A stretch of DNA of 64,000 nucleotides from Gammaproteobacteria bacterium (GCA_965238175.1 CBDEGZ010000003.1:1952001-2016000); one strand, 5' to 3'. Counted from the first letter of the stretch, positions 20,893 through 31,975 are shown. Notes: generated from the sequence alone by a model not told the origin. A program made the numbers and translations.

Positions 20893-23016
20893 CTACACTA
20901 TCTCTACTTGTACCAGGTTGTCTGAAAATGATGGTGAATGACCCATATCACCAAATTCAGCAGAGCTGATCGAATTAACGGTACCATTATTCAATTGACG
21001 CCAATAACCTAAGGTGGCAACAACAATACCTGGATTCACATCATCGGTAATCTGCGCATCACCATCAAAGCCACCACGATCATTAAAGACACGAACCTTA
21101 TCGCCTTCTTTAATCCCCCTGGATTGTGCATCAGCTGCATTGATCAAAACAAACTGTTCCCCTTGGCCTTTGATTTTATGATCCATATTCGCATAACAGG
21201 AGTTCAAAAAACCATGGCTCTTTGGAGAGACAATATTCAACGGATATTTTTTGGCCAACTCAGGATTGGTTTCAGGTCGTTCTCTTGGCCCCAAATAATC
21301 CGGTAAGCTGTCTAAATCTTCACCGGGTTGAAAACCTTCGTACATTTGTCTAAAGGGAGGTGCAACAAAGTTCTTTGCTCCTACTACTTCAAATTCACAT
21401 TTCCCAGACGGTGTTGGAAAGTTACCTTCTTTATGCGGGCAACGGTCATCTTTGGTACCGACTGTTAAACGGGCAAATCCATTCTTACGTAGATACTCTA
21501 AATCAATCCCGTCACATGCAGGTGAATCCCAATCAACAAAGTTTTCTAAACATTCTGAATCAGACCATTTCAGTCTTTCATCGTCATAGCCCATAAGTAC
21601 GGATAAACGACGGAAGATTTCATTGTTAGGAATGGCTTCGCCTGGTGATTCGACACTCTTGGCATTGTAGGTCAGATACAAGTGCCCCCATGAAAGAATA
21701 ATGTCTTCTAACTCGGCCCCCATCGAAGCGGGTAAGACAATATCGGCGTACGAGGCGGTATCTGAAATAAAGTGTTCGGCTGACACCATAAACAAATCTT
21801 CATTCATTAAGCCTTCAACAATCTTGTCCGTCTCTGGTGCTTGCGTTACAGGATTAGAATTCCAACACATCATTGATTTAATGGGTACTTCTAAATCAAT
21901 TTCGCCGGTTAACGCACGACCGATTTGTAAATTACTAATCACCGGAGTGCCCTCTGGTATTAAGTCTGGTCGACAAATCACATCAAACTTGTATGGGTGT
22001 TCCCATACTGGGAACTGTGTAATGCCTCCACCAACATGTTTCCACGCACCGGTTAAAGCTGGAATACAGGTAACTGCGCGAATGGTTTGGCTGCCACCGT
22101 GATGTCGTTCTAAAGCCACACCAATGCGAATAGCTGCCGGTTGTGCTGTTGCTAATTCTTTTGCTAGTTGTTTAATGTCATCAGCCGCAACACCGGTAAT
22201 CTCTTCTGCCCATTCTGGCGTACGATCTTTGGCTCGTTCAGCTAATGCATCAAAGCCCAATGTGTGATTTGCAATATAGTCTTTATCTGTTAAGCCTTGT
22301 TCAATAATGCTGTTAATCACTGCCATAGCGAGTGCACCATCGGTCCCTGGTTTGGGCGCAATATGCCAATCGGCTTGTTTTGCTGTTTTTGATTTATACG
22401 TATCAATGACAACGACCTTCGCACCTTTTTGCTGTGCTTCTTTGACGATAGTCCAGTGATGAAGATTGGTACTGACACTATTACACGCCCAAATGACAAT
22501 ATATTTTGAGTGGATGTAACTTTCCGGATCAACTCCTGCCGTAGGACCAACGGTTAAAAGCCAGGCGGTACAGGAACCCTCACCACAAAAGGTGCGTTCC
22601 ATAACAGTGGCCCCCATCCGGTTAAAAAAAGCATCACCACCATTTAACCCATGAACTAAGCCTTGGTGGCCTAAATAGCTGTATGGCACAATCGCACGGG
22701 GACCGTACTCTGCAATAATGGCTTTCCACTTATCCGTGATTGTTGTTAGTGCTTCATCCCAACCGATACGTTCAAATTCTTTGCTCCCTTTTGGGCCGAC
22801 ACGGCGCATGGGGTAGAGCAAGCGATCAGGATGGTAGTGACGTTTTTCATAATCCTTGAGTTTCACACACAGACCGCCACGTGTCATAGGATGTTCTTTA
22901 TTGCCTCTAACGCCAATGACTTTGCCGTCTTCGATATCAAATACCATCGCACAGGTATCTGGACAATCGTGGGGACAACCTCCGAATGCGGTTTCTACTT
23001 TAGGATTTGCTGCCAT
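20893..23016 (-). CDS. molybdopterin (bis-MGD) oxidoreductase, DMSO-reductase superfamily, no Tat signal
   Basis: CPHDCPDTC...GGLC Fe-S motif, RLLYPMRR, GWDEAL, KPGTDGALA, DTASYADIVLPA, C-terminal MGD-binding domain (FLNS...DAQSRGI..GD.VRVFNDRG). Confidence 0.93.
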   Translation of the reverse strand: MAANPKVETAFGGCPHDCPDTCAMVFDIEDGKVIGVRGNKEHPMTRGGLCVKLKDYEKRHYHPDRLLYPMRRVGPKGSKEFERIGWDEALTTITDKWKAIIAEYGPRAIVPYSYLGHQGLVHGLNGGDAFFNRMGATVMERTFCGEGSCTAWLLTVGPTAGVDPESYIHSKYIVIWACNSVSTNLHHWTIVKEAQQKGAKVVVIDTYKSKTAKQADWHIAPKPGTDGALAMAVINSIIEQGLTDKDYIANHTLGFDALAERAKDRTPEWAEEITGVAADDIKQLAKELATAQPAAIRIGVALERHHGGSQTIRAVTCIPALTGAWKHVGGGITQFPVWEHPYKFDVICRPDLIPEGTPVISNLQIGRALTGEIDLEVPIKSMMCWNSNPVTQAPETDKIVEGLMNEDLFMVSAEHFISDTASYADIVLPASMGAELEDIILSWGHLYLTYNAKSVESPGEAIPNNEIFRRLSVLMGYDDERLKWSDSECLENFVDWDSPACDGIDLEYLRKNGFARLTVGTKDDRCPHKEGNFPTPSGKCEFEVVGAKNFVAPPFRQMYEGFQPGEDLDSLPDYLGPRERPETNPELAKKYPLNIVSPKSHGFLNSCYANMDHKIKGQGEQFVLINAADAQSRGIKEGDKVRVFNDRGGFDGDAQITDDVNPGIVVATLGYWRQLNNGTVNSISSAEFGDMGHSPSFSDNLVQVEIV

Positions 23017-23088
23017 AGATATTTGCCTCTTGCCTGACTGTATAAGTTATTTTCTATACGGATATTATGTCTCTTTAACAAAAGAAGA

Positions 23089-23125
23089 TTAGCACCAATT
23101 ATTAAAAATGATCTGGTACCAATTT
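23089..23125. promoter_or_regulatory. putative MocR-family operator, copy 1 (upstream of the Mo-oxidoreductase)
   Basis: TTAGCACCAATTATTAAAAATGATCTGGTACCAATTT matches 23576-23612 at 32/37 positions. Confidence 0.7.
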
Positions 23126-23163
23126 CTTATATAAAATATCTTCTCAATAACGATAAATCATAT

Positions 23164-23526
23164 TTATGTATGCGTATGAAATACTTTATTCATGATCTTC
23201 CATTTACCATCGACTTTTAGTAGAGAAAAGAGATCGGTAAAATTATTACCTGTCCAATTTTCAAGTTCGAGACGTGCTGTTGCAACAGTGCCGACAATAT
23301 CAATGTTGGATATATTTGCTTTTAAATCAGTCGCCGGTCCATTTTCATCATTCCAATCAAACAATGCTTGCACTGGAGCAGCAAATAAATCATCACCCAT
23401 ATAACCAAATACCGAAGCATCGGGGTGAAACCCTGCTTTCATTGTCTGGCCACTTCCTGAAATAGCGCCATCGATATAATGTTGTATTGTGCTTTCGATC
23501 AATTCTTTATCGTTCATTAAAATCAC
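23164..23526 (-). CDS. NTF2/SnoaL-like (putative lumazine-binding family) protein
   Basis: YIDG...FHPDA...FTDLFSLLKVDGKWKIMNKVFH. Confidence 0.85.
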   Translation of the reverse strand: MILMNDKELIESTIQHYIDGAISGSGQTMKAGFHPDASVFGYMGDDLFAAPVQALFDWNDENGPATDLKANISNIDIVGTVATARLELENWTGNNFTDLFSLLKVDGKWKIMNKVFHTHT

Positions 23527-23575
23527 CTTAAATATGTAAGTTCTGATGATAGTAATTGAATTGATAATGCTAATG

Positions 23576-23612
23576 TTAGTACCAATTTTTAAAAATGATT
23601 CGGTACCACTTT
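23576..23612. promoter_or_regulatory. putative MocR-family operator, copy 2 (upstream of the NTF2-like gene)
   Basis: TTAGTACCAATTTTTAAAAATGATTCGGTACCACTTT, with direct GTACCA half-sites 24 bp apart. Confidence 0.7.
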
Positions 23613-23652
23613 TATAGTCTTGATTATTGTAAGAGTAGCAGCATATTGAAAT

Positions 23653-25122
23653 TTATTCAATTGAACTGGCAATACGAGAAATACCTTTTCGTATATTGTC
23701 TTTTGTCATAGCTGCATAGCCTAACAAAACAATTCGATTATTATTTTTAAATGATCGCCAATTATAAATGGTGTGATGTTGTAGCGTATAAACACCTACT
23801 TGCTTTTGACGGATCTTTTTTTGTAAATCTTCTGCATCAGGTGATTCTGGTGGTAGATTCCAAACAACATGAGTACCACATTCAAGTCCCATTAAAGTGA
23901 TCTCGCCAAATGAATTTTGTAATGATTCAAGTAAACAATTTCGACGACCCATATAAGTTTGTCTGAGTCGCTTAATGTGATTTTCGAAACCACCACTACT
24001 AATAAAATCAGTTAAAATGACTTGATCTAGCCAAGGTAAGCCATAATCAAGCAATACTTTACTGCTCTTTGCATGTTCAATAAGTGAGGGAGGCACAACC
24101 ATGTAACCTATTCGTAAGCCTGGTCCAATTGATTTTGCAAAAGAGCTTAAATAAATAACCCGCTGATCTTTGTCAAAAGATCTAATCGCATGTAATGGTG
24201 AACCTTCATATCTAAAATCACTATCGTAATCAACTTCGAGAATATATGAATCCGTATTAACTGACCATTCAATCAATTGCTTTCTTCGTTTAATCGGAAG
24301 CGTTGCACATAAAGGAAATTGTCGAGATGGCGTTATCATTGCCACATCAATTTTTTTGTCAGGTAATTTGTTAATAATTACGCCATCTTCATCAACCGGC
24401 ACGGGAATTATTTTCGCACCATAATTTTCAAATAAATAACTGGCGCCTTTATACCCTGGTGATTCCAGGACAACCTTCGAACCTTTTCTAATTAACAAAT
24501 GAGAAACAATATTTAGACCTTGTTGAATCCCGGTCAACATAATTACTTGTTCTGGATCTACTTTCATTCCACGTGTTGAACCAAGACGCGTAGCAATAGC
24601 TTTTCTCAACTCCAATAATCCAGTAGGCTCACTGTATTTAGTCATGTTGGATCTTGCTGAATCAAGACGATTGTTAATAATTCGCCGCCACGTTTTTGTT
24701 GGGAATGACTTAGGATCAGTCCTCTCTATTTGAAAATCGTATAAAAGATCACCTGTTTCACGAAGGTATAATTTTTCTTCATTATTCTTGGTTTTAGATG
24801 TTAGCTCTACTGGGAGTTTACTTTTGATAATGTTATTGCCGGGCACAACCGTATCAATTTTTATGGTTGTATCAGGCAGCACATCACATACGTATGTACC
24901 CGAACCAATAATTGAATCTATATACCCCTGTTCAATTAGTTTGTCATAAGCCCCTTTAATGGTATTACGAGAAACATTAAGTTGCGTACTGAGAGCTCTG
25001 CTTGAAGGAAGGCGTTCATTCGGTTGTATACGCCCTGTCTTTATTAACTCTATTAACTGTTCAGAAATTTGTGTTTGATATGGAGAACGATTTTCTAAGT
25101 TAATGTGAATAGGTAATTCCAT
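23653..25122 (-). CDS. MocR/GabR-family PLP-dependent transcriptional regulator
   Basis: GntR wHTH (RLPSSRALS..LNVSRNT) plus aminotransferase-like domain (TPSRQFP, EVDYDSDFRY, SFAKSIGPGLRIGY with the PLP lysine). Confidence 0.93.
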   Translation of the reverse strand: MELPIHINLENRSPYQTQISEQLIELIKTGRIQPNERLPSSRALSTQLNVSRNTIKGAYDKLIEQGYIDSIIGSGTYVCDVLPDTTIKIDTVVPGNNIIKSKLPVELTSKTKNNEEKLYLRETGDLLYDFQIERTDPKSFPTKTWRRIINNRLDSARSNMTKYSEPTGLLELRKAIATRLGSTRGMKVDPEQVIMLTGIQQGLNIVSHLLIRKGSKVVLESPGYKGASYLFENYGAKIIPVPVDEDGVIINKLPDKKIDVAMITPSRQFPLCATLPIKRRKQLIEWSVNTDSYILEVDYDSDFRYEGSPLHAIRSFDKDQRVIYLSSFAKSIGPGLRIGYMVVPPSLIEHAKSSKVLLDYGLPWLDQVILTDFISSGGFENHIKRLRQTYMGRRNCLLESLQNSFGEITLMGLECGTHVVWNLPPESPDAEDLQKKIRQKQVGVYTLQHHTIYNWRSFKNNNRIVLLGYAAMTKDNIRKGISRIASSIE

Positions 25123-25440
25123 TGTGAATTTTAAAACCAGATTTTATTTGATAGCTAAACTTTTAGAATTGATCGTAAATGAGCGATCATATTTCATGAG
25201 CTCTACGGCTTTTGGTTGGTTAATTTGCCATAAAAGTTTTCTAATAGATAGAGCATTACGTCTATTATTAAGAGACCTCAGCATAACCATCAATTTTAAC
25301 CAAAATCATTGCTCCTGGCATTTTCGCGCAAACCGATAAGTATCGCAGGTGATTTAACCCTACGCCATTCTTATCGTTATATCGTGATGCTTGCCTTCTG
25401 TTACCGGCAGCTAAGCCTATTTGTAGCAGGTGGCTGCTGA

Positions 25441-26202
25441 TTATCCTCTCAACCGATAACCGGTTTTAAATATCCACCAGATAATGATCAAACAAACCGA
25501 CATAAATAAAAATGTCATTGTGACACTGATCAGAATATTAACATCTGCAACATCATAAAAGCTCCAACGAAAACCACTGATCAAATAAACAACGGGATTA
25601 AATAAGGTAATTTTTTGCCATAGTTCGGGTAACATTTTGATCGAATAAAAACTGCCGCCGAGAAAGGTCAGTGGTGTGATGATCATCATTGGAATGATTT
25701 GTAACTTTTCAAAACTATTTGCCCATATGCCAATAATGAATCCGAACAAACTGAACGTAACGGAAGTTAAAAAAAGGAAACCAAACATCCAGAAGGGATG
25801 GGCGATCTGGTAATCAACAAATAATTTTGCGGTGAGTAAAATTAATAAACCAAGTATGACAGACTTGGTTGTCGCGGCACCGACGAAGCCGATCAAAATT
25901 TCGACAAAAGAAATTGGGGCAGAAAGGATCTCATAAATCGTACCGGAAAATTTAGGCATATATATTCCAAATGATGCGTTTGAAATACTCTCGTTCAAGA
26001 GTGATAACATGATCAATCCGGGAATGATAAATGCGCCGTAACTCACGCCATCTATCTCGCCCATGCGTGAGCCTATTGCTGCGCCAAAAACCACAAAATA
26101 AAGTGAGGTTGAAAGAACCGGGGATGCGATACTTTGCATTAATGTTCGAGCGGTTCTTGCCATTTCAAATTTGTATATTGCGTAGATGGCGTAAAAATTC
26201 AT
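25441..26202 (-). CDS. ABC-2 type permease (YadH-like)
   Basis: [33 protein letters not shown]. Confidence 0.92.
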   Translation of the reverse strand: MNFYAIYAIYKFEMARTARTLMQSIASPVLSTSLYFVVFGAAIGSRMGEIDGVSYGAFIIPGLIMLSLLNESISNASFGIYMPKFSGTIYEILSAPISFVEILIGFVGAATTKSVILGLLILLTAKLFVDYQIAHPFWMFGFLFLTSVTFSLFGFIIGIWANSFEKLQIIPMMIITPLTFLGGSFYSIKMLPELWQKITLFNPVVYLISGFRWSFYDVADVNILISVTMTFLFMSVCLIIIWWIFKTGYRLRG

Positions 26203-27125
26203 TTCTTTGTCCTGACTAAATTAACAAAAATTTCTTCTAACGAACTTTCGTTGGTATGAAGATCTTTAAAATTGATTCCTTGTTTGTGTAATGCTTTGAT
26301 CAGATTTGCAATCTCATTTTGTTCATCTTGAGTGTCAAAGGTGTAAACCAGTTGGTTTCCATCATCGAACAATTCTAGTGAGTATTTGGAGAGGTTTTGT
26401 GGAATGACACTTAATGCATTATTCAAATGTAAGGTTAATTGTTTTTTACCCAGTTTTTCCATCAGTACTTTTTTATTTTCTACAAGGATGATCTTTCCTT
26501 GATCAATGATACCAATTCGATCAGCCATTTCTTCAGCTTCTTCAATGTAGTGCGTGGTTAAAATGATCGTTACACCATTTTCACGTAAGCTTCTCACCAT
26601 GTTCCACATATCACGACGTAGTTCTACATCAACGCCTGCTGTGGGTTCGTCTAAAAACAAAACAGTAGGTTCGTGTGATAATGCTTTGGCGATCATTACT
26701 CGCCGTTTCATACCACCTGAAAGAGCCATGGTTTTTACATCTTTTTTATCCCAAAGTGAAAGATCGCGTAATATTTTTTCAATATGGTTTGGGTTAGAAG
26801 ATTTGCCGAATAATCCACGGCTGTATGTGACAGTACTCCAGACTGTTTCAAACATATCTGTTGAAATTTCTTGTGGAACTAAACCGATTTTGGATCGCGC
26901 TTTCCTGTAATCTGAAAGAATATTGTGACCATCAACAATAACACTGCCAGCGCTTGGATTCACCAGTCCACATATGATGCTGATCAAAGTTGTTTTGCCT
27001 GCCCCATTTGGCCCGAGTAAAGCGAAGATTTCGCCTTGTGCAATTTCAAGGTTGACCTTATTCAGCGCCCAAAAACCAGAGTCGTAAATTTTATCTAGTG
27101 AGTTGATTGAAATTATTGATTTCAT
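26199..27125 (-). CDS. ABC transporter ATP-binding protein (YadG-like)
   Basis: [40 protein letters not shown]. Confidence 0.94.
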   Translation of the reverse strand: MKSIISINSLDKIYDSGFWALNKVNLEIAQGEIFALLGPNGAGKTTLISIICGLVNPSAGSVIVDGHNILSDYRKARSKIGLVPQEISTDMFETVWSTVTYSRGLFGKSSNPNHIEKILRDLSLWDKKDVKTMALSGGMKRRVMIAKALSHEPTVLFLDEPTAGVDVELRRDMWNMVRSLRENGVTIILTTHYIEEAEEMADRIGIIDQGKIILVENKKVLMEKLGKKQLTLHLNNALSVIPQNLSKYSLELFDDGNQLVYTFDTQDEQNEIANLIKALHKQGINFKDLHTNESSLEEIFVNLVRTKK

Positions 27126-27198
27126 TCCGTTTCCAAAGTGTTTTTATAGGGTGGTTTAGTTTTGATCAAACAGAAACAGATCTATTTGATCAGATAAG

Positions 27199-28848
27199 TC
27201 ATGAAAGTTCGATAACCTGATCCATTTTTTCTAAGCCTACTTTTTTATGTGTGATCAATAAAATGCTGCGCTCCGAATACTCATTAATAATTGCGTTGAG
27301 TAATTTGGTTTCCGTTTCGATATCCAAACCCTCTCCGGGTTCATCCAAAATCAAAATGGGTGAGTCTTTAAGTAATGCGCGAGCTATGATAATCCGACGA
27401 GCCTGGCCGCCAGAAAGCCTTAATCCTGCCTCACCAACCCAAGTCTCGTAACCTTCGGGGAGCGTAGAAATAAATTTATCGATTTGTGCTAGTTTGCAAA
27501 CGTGATCTATCTCCTGATCACTTGCATCTGAGTTTGCCAGTAATAAGTTTGCGCGAATTGTACTATTAAATAAAACCGATTGCTGAGAGACGACAGAAAA
27601 ATATTGACGCAGATCATTACTATGAAAATTTTCAATTGGAAAATCACCAAATATAATTTGACCTTGCTGATGAGGCCAAAACCTCAGTAATAAATTGACG
27701 ATACTGGTTTTTCCACAACCACTTTTTCCAACGATGCCTAAATTATTTCCTGCTGGAAGGTTAAAGCTAAGATTGTGAAGAACCTGATTTTGATGATAAG
27801 AAAAATTAACTTGAGCAAATTTGATGTCCATATTTTTCGGTGATGGAGAAGTTTGTTCAGGTTCTGAAATAATTGGTTTGGAATCAACAATACTAAAGAT
27901 GCGCCTTGTAGCGGTTAATGTTTCTGGTAGAAGTTGGAAAGCAAGTGGTAATGGGAGAATCGCTTCAAATGTTGCGAGTATAAAAAGCGCTAACATTGGT
28001 AGCTGTGCGGGTTGCAATTTTTGATCGGTGATTAACGGAATACAAATAAAGAGCGTTGATAACATGGCAAGATTTGCAAAAAGACTGATCATGGATTGAG
28101 AAAAGGCTGAGAATTTTCTCTGCGATAATTGATCCTTATTAAGTTGATTGGTTAATAGGGATAATTTATTTTGCTGAATATCTCCAACTCCATAGATCAA
28201 AATCTCTCCCATTCCTTGTACGCTATCGATTGCGATCATGCGCATTTCGGATTTTGTTTTAACCAGTCTCTCACCCGAAGGTTTTGCATAATAATTAATA
28301 ATAAGAGGAATAATAAAACCAGCGACTAAAACAAGGAATATTTCTACATAGAGTAATTTAGAATCGTAGCGATTAAGAAATAAGCAGAAAAGTAGGGTGG
28401 CGATTATTGCAACAATAAGCGGTAATAAAATTCGCAAATAGAAATTTTCTAAATGATCAATATCTGCACGCATTCGGCTGAGTAAATCACCGCTGTGATA
28501 GTTTTGTAGAATGGCAGGAGCGAGCGGTTCGAGGTGATCATAAAACCAACTGCGCAGGTTTGATAAGATACGAAAAGTAGCTTCATGCGTCACCAGGCGT
28601 TCTGCATAACGACCAGCGGTGCGTACAATTGCAAAACCACGAATAGAAGCGGCTGGTGTGAAATAATTAACTTGCGTAATTCCTGCCGCACCAGCCATTC
28701 CCATAGTCGTGATAAACCAGCCAGCCAGCGCAAGTAAACCCACATTGGCAATAATGGTAACCAAAGATAATAGAACCCCAAATAGCATCCAACCCCAACA
28801 AGGACGAAACAGTAGTAATAGGCGAGAGAATAGTTTTATTGATTCCAT
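27199..28848 (-). CDS. cydC: thiol-reductant ABC exporter subunit CydC
   Basis: RTAGRYAERLVTHEATFR, GDLLSR, GKSGCGKT, LSGGQARR. Confidence 0.95.
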   Translation of the reverse strand: MESIKLFSRLLLLFRPCWGWMLFGVLLSLVTIIANVGLLALAGWFITTMGMAGAAGITQVNYFTPAASIRGFAIVRTAGRYAERLVTHEATFRILSNLRSWFYDHLEPLAPAILQNYHSGDLLSRMRADIDHLENFYLRILLPLIVAIIATLLFCLFLNRYDSKLLYVEIFLVLVAGFIIPLIINYYAKPSGERLVKTKSEMRMIAIDSVQGMGEILIYGVGDIQQNKLSLLTNQLNKDQLSQRKFSAFSQSMISLFANLAMLSTLFICIPLITDQKLQPAQLPMLALFILATFEAILPLPLAFQLLPETLTATRRIFSIVDSKPIISEPEQTSPSPKNMDIKFAQVNFSYHQNQVLHNLSFNLPAGNNLGIVGKSGCGKTSIVNLLLRFWPHQQGQIIFGDFPIENFHSNDLRQYFSVVSQQSVLFNSTIRANLLLANSDASDQEIDHVCKLAQIDKFISTLPEGYETWVGEAGLRLSGGQARRIIIARALLKDSPILILDEPGEGLDIETETKLLNAIINEYSERSILLITHKKVGLEKMDQVIELS

Positions 28849-30593
28849 GCTTGATTATTTGTCTGAGTACTTATGGAATATTGTTTGATAAGAGCAGAAT
28901 ATTCACCTTGCTTGTTTAGTAAGGTTTGATGAGTCCCAGATTCAACAATTACACCTTGCTTCATAACAAAAATTTGATCTGCTTTTTCTACTGTTTTCAA
29001 TCGGTGTGCGATCATAATTACCGTTTTATTTTTTCTGAGTTCATTGAGACTTTGTTGAATTAATTTTTCACTCTCCTCATCCAAATTTGCGGTAGCTTCA
29101 TCCAGTAAAATAATCGGCGAATCTTTTAGAAAAGCACGTGCAAGTGCCAGACGTTGGATCTGGCCTCCTGATAATCCTTGTCCGCGTTCACTAATAATTG
29201 TGTCGTATTGATCAGGCAAAGATTCAATATAGTTATGAATATTGGAAAGACGTGCTGCGGTTATTATTTGATCGTCATTGGCATTGTTCATTCCTAATGA
29301 AATATTTTCTCGAAGTGTTGCATGAAAAATATGTGGGTTTTGTGGAATCCATGAAATTTGTTTGCGCCAGGTTTTTATGTCGATATTATTCAATGAAACA
29401 TCATTTATTTTTATCTGACCTTGTTGAGTTTGAATAAACCCGGCGAGTAGTTTAATGATAGTACTTTTGCCTGCACCGCTTTCACCAACCAATGCGATAA
29501 GTTTTTTTTGTGGGATTACAAAGCTTATATTTTGTAATGTGGCTTCTCTTTTTTCATAAGAATAACTTACTTGATCAAATTCAACATTAAATGCATTTTC
29601 ACTTTTTGAAAGTAAAAATTGCTCATTCGATTGTTGCTGCAATGGCTTTTCAAGGATATTGACAATTTTTTCCGCTGCACCAATCGCTTCAAGTCTCGCG
29701 TGATAGTGCGTACCCATATTACGAAGAGGCAGATAAAATTCTGGTGCTAATAACAGCACAAAGAAACCAAAGAAGAAATCAATTTCACCATAGAAAAGCC
29801 GAAATCCGATGAGTACCGCAACAATGGCAATACTAATACTGGCAAGAAATTCCAATACAAGGGAAGAAAGAAAAGCAACGCGTAAGACAGATAGGGTTGT
29901 TTTACGATAATCTTCTGAAACTCTGCTGATCGTAGCGGCTTCGCGTCGGCTGGCATTAAAAATTTTAAGCGTAGTAATTCCTTGGATCATATCGAGGAAA
30001 TGTGCGCTCATGCGGGCAAGTTTCTGCCACTGTTTTTTGTTGAGTCGTTCTGTGCCTTTTCCGATCAAAATCATAAAGAAAGGAATAAGTGGAGCAGTTA
30101 CTAAAAGCACAATTCCAGAGATCCAGTCGATCGGGAAAACAAAAACTAATATAGATAAAGGGATCAGTGCGACCAATGCCATCGTTGGCAAGTAGCGAGC
30201 GTAATAATTTTCTAAAGCTTCAACCGCATCAATCATGGTGTTGATTATTTCACCGCTATGCCGATCAGAAATAGCATTTGGGCCAAGCGCAAAAATCTGT
30301 TTGTGAATTTGATCGCGCAGTTCAAATTTCACTTTTGCTGCAGCTTTAAAAGCGCTTATTTCTGAACCCCAGTTTAGCAATGCTCTTAATAAGAAAATGA
30401 ATAACATACAAACAAGCCAATGTTGTACATCAACAAGCGTTGATTGCTCAAAAATAACGGCAGTAATAATTTTAGCCAGAAACCAGGCTTGCAGGATCAA
30501 TAACAGTCCGGAGCTTAACCCTAGACCAATCGCAAAGGAGAGATAGTTTTCGGTATGTTTTTTTTGTGACTTAAGAAAGTCAGGAATTCTCAT
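28836..30593 (-). CDS. cydD: thiol-reductant ABC exporter subunit CydD
   Basis: YYARYLP, TAPLIPFFMILIG, LLLAPEFYLPLR, GESGAGKST, LSGGQ. Confidence 0.95.
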   Translation of the reverse strand: MRIPDFLKSQKKHTENYLSFAIGLGLSSGLLLILQAWFLAKIITAVIFEQSTLVDVQHWLVCMLFIFLLRALLNWGSEISAFKAAAKVKFELRDQIHKQIFALGPNAISDRHSGEIINTMIDAVEALENYYARYLPTMALVALIPLSILVFVFPIDWISGIVLLVTAPLIPFFMILIGKGTERLNKKQWQKLARMSAHFLDMIQGITTLKIFNASRREAATISRVSEDYRKTTLSVLRVAFLSSLVLEFLASISIAIVAVLIGFRLFYGEIDFFFGFFVLLLAPEFYLPLRNMGTHYHARLEAIGAAEKIVNILEKPLQQQSNEQFLLSKSENAFNVEFDQVSYSYEKREATLQNISFVIPQKKLIALVGESGAGKSTIIKLLAGFIQTQQGQIKINDVSLNNIDIKTWRKQISWIPQNPHIFHATLRENISLGMNNANDDQIITAARLSNIHNYIESLPDQYDTIISERGQGLSGGQIQRLALARAFLKDSPIILLDEATANLDEESEKLIQQSLNELRKNKTVIMIAHRLKTVEKADQIFVMKQGVIVESGTHQTLLNKQGEYSALIKQYSISTQTNNQAWNQ

Positions 30594-30692
30594 GAATAAA
30601 AATGCATGCAGAATATAAGATGATCAATAAAATAATTTTTATTAGTGCTCGTTGTTGTGATAGAACATAACGTTTATAAAAATGATCCGTTT

Positions 30693-30794
30693 TTATTCAT
30701 CATCCTCAAGGCCATTTAGTTCCAGCCACATAACATTAATAATTCCAAAAGCACAGGCGAGTAGCACACCAAGAATCCATGCGAAATACCACAT
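30693..30794 (-). CDS. cydX: cytochrome bd-I oxidase small subunit (33 aa, below the ORF-track cutoff)
   Basis: Hand translation MWYFAWILGVLLACAFGIINVMWLELNGLEDDE; AAGGAG RBS directly after cydB. Confidence 0.93.
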   Translation of the reverse strand: MWYFAWILGVLLACAFGIINVMWLELNGLEDDE

Positions 30795-30805
30795 ATAAAT
30801 ACTCC

Positions 30806-31951
30806 TTAATAAAGTGAATGATCATTCTGCCGAATCGTTTCGACAGTATGTTTTCCCCACATGGTTTTATAACACCATGCCGTGTACATAAGAATGATGG
30901 GTAAAAAGAAAACGCTAACCCAGAACATAATACTTAATGTCAGATGGCTAGAGGTTGCATCCCAGATTGTCAGACTATGATCAGGATTTAAATTCGATGG
31001 GAAAATAAATGGGAATAACGAAAAGCCTGCAGTCAAAATTATTCCAATTAAGCTTGCACAAGAGCAAATAAATGTACGTTTTGGTTTTAGTGCTTTAGCT
31101 CTATTGAAGGCTCCAAAAGCACCACTAAAGCCAAGCAGAGGAGCGACCAGAAACCCAGGGTATTCCAGATAATTATGTAACCAGCTTACTTCGCTTACGC
31201 TGACAGTCTTATTGGTTGGATTGCCTACGCTATTTAAAGCTAAATTACTTGTAACAGAATAACCATCAATAAATAACCACAGCCATAAACCTTCTATGGC
31301 AAATAATATCATTACTACTAGTGCGGCTTTATGTAGAAAAACTTCCGAACGTTGATAGACTACACCCTCAGAACGCATCATCAAATAACTGGCACCTTGC
31401 ATGACGAACATTGCGATAGCGAGTAAGCCTGCGAGTAAAGCAAAAGGATGGAGTAACTGAAAAAAACCATCGCTTAATGTTGAGCGCATAGTGTCGTCAA
31501 ATTCAAAACCAATGCCAAGGAACAGGTTTCCCATGCCAATGCCAAGGATCAGCGGTGGAACAAAACCAGGAATAAATAAGGCCCAGTCCCAACAATTTCG
31601 CCAGGTTTTATTTTCTAGTTTTGATCGATAATCAAAACCAACTGGACGCAAAAATAAGGTAAATAATAAGATCAGCAGGGCTAAATACATCGCTGAAAAT
31701 GCGGTTGCATAAAGCGTCGGCCAAGCGGCAAATAAAGCACCTGCGGCGAGGATTAACCAGACTTGATTTCCATCCCAATGTGGTGCAATTGCGTTAATTG
31801 CAATACGTCGTTCTGCGTCTGTTTTACCAACAAAAGGCAATAGCATCGCAACACCCATATCAAAACCTTCGGTTAGCGCAAAACCAATCCAGAGTACGCC
31901 GATGAGTATCCACCAGATTAACTTAAAAAATTCATAGCTAAATAGTTCCAT
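30806..31951 (-). CDS. cydB: cytochrome bd ubiquinol oxidase subunit II
   Basis: GFDMGV, PHWDGNQVWL, RPVGFDYRSK, SLTIWDATSS. Confidence 0.97.
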   Translation of the reverse strand: MELFSYEFFKLIWWILIGVLWIGFALTEGFDMGVAMLLPFVGKTDAERRIAINAIAPHWDGNQVWLILAAGALFAAWPTLYATAFSAMYLALLILLFTLFLRPVGFDYRSKLENKTWRNCWDWALFIPGFVPPLILGIGMGNLFLGIGFEFDDTMRSTLSDGFFQLLHPFALLAGLLAIAMFVMQGASYLMMRSEGVVYQRSEVFLHKAALVVMILFAIEGLWLWLFIDGYSVTSNLALNSVGNPTNKTVSVSEVSWLHNYLEYPGFLVAPLLGFSGAFGAFNRAKALKPKRTFICSCASLIGIILTAGFSLFPFIFPSNLNPDHSLTIWDATSSHLTLSIMFWVSVFFLPIILMYTAWCYKTMWGKHTVETIRQNDHSLY

Positions 31952-31975
31952 GATATTGTCCTATGCTCTGGCCTC

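Noticed and set aside
25124-25339. 71-aa ORF divergent from the MocR gene
   Set aside because: Starts 1 bp from the MocR start with no room for a promoter or RBS; likely spurious.
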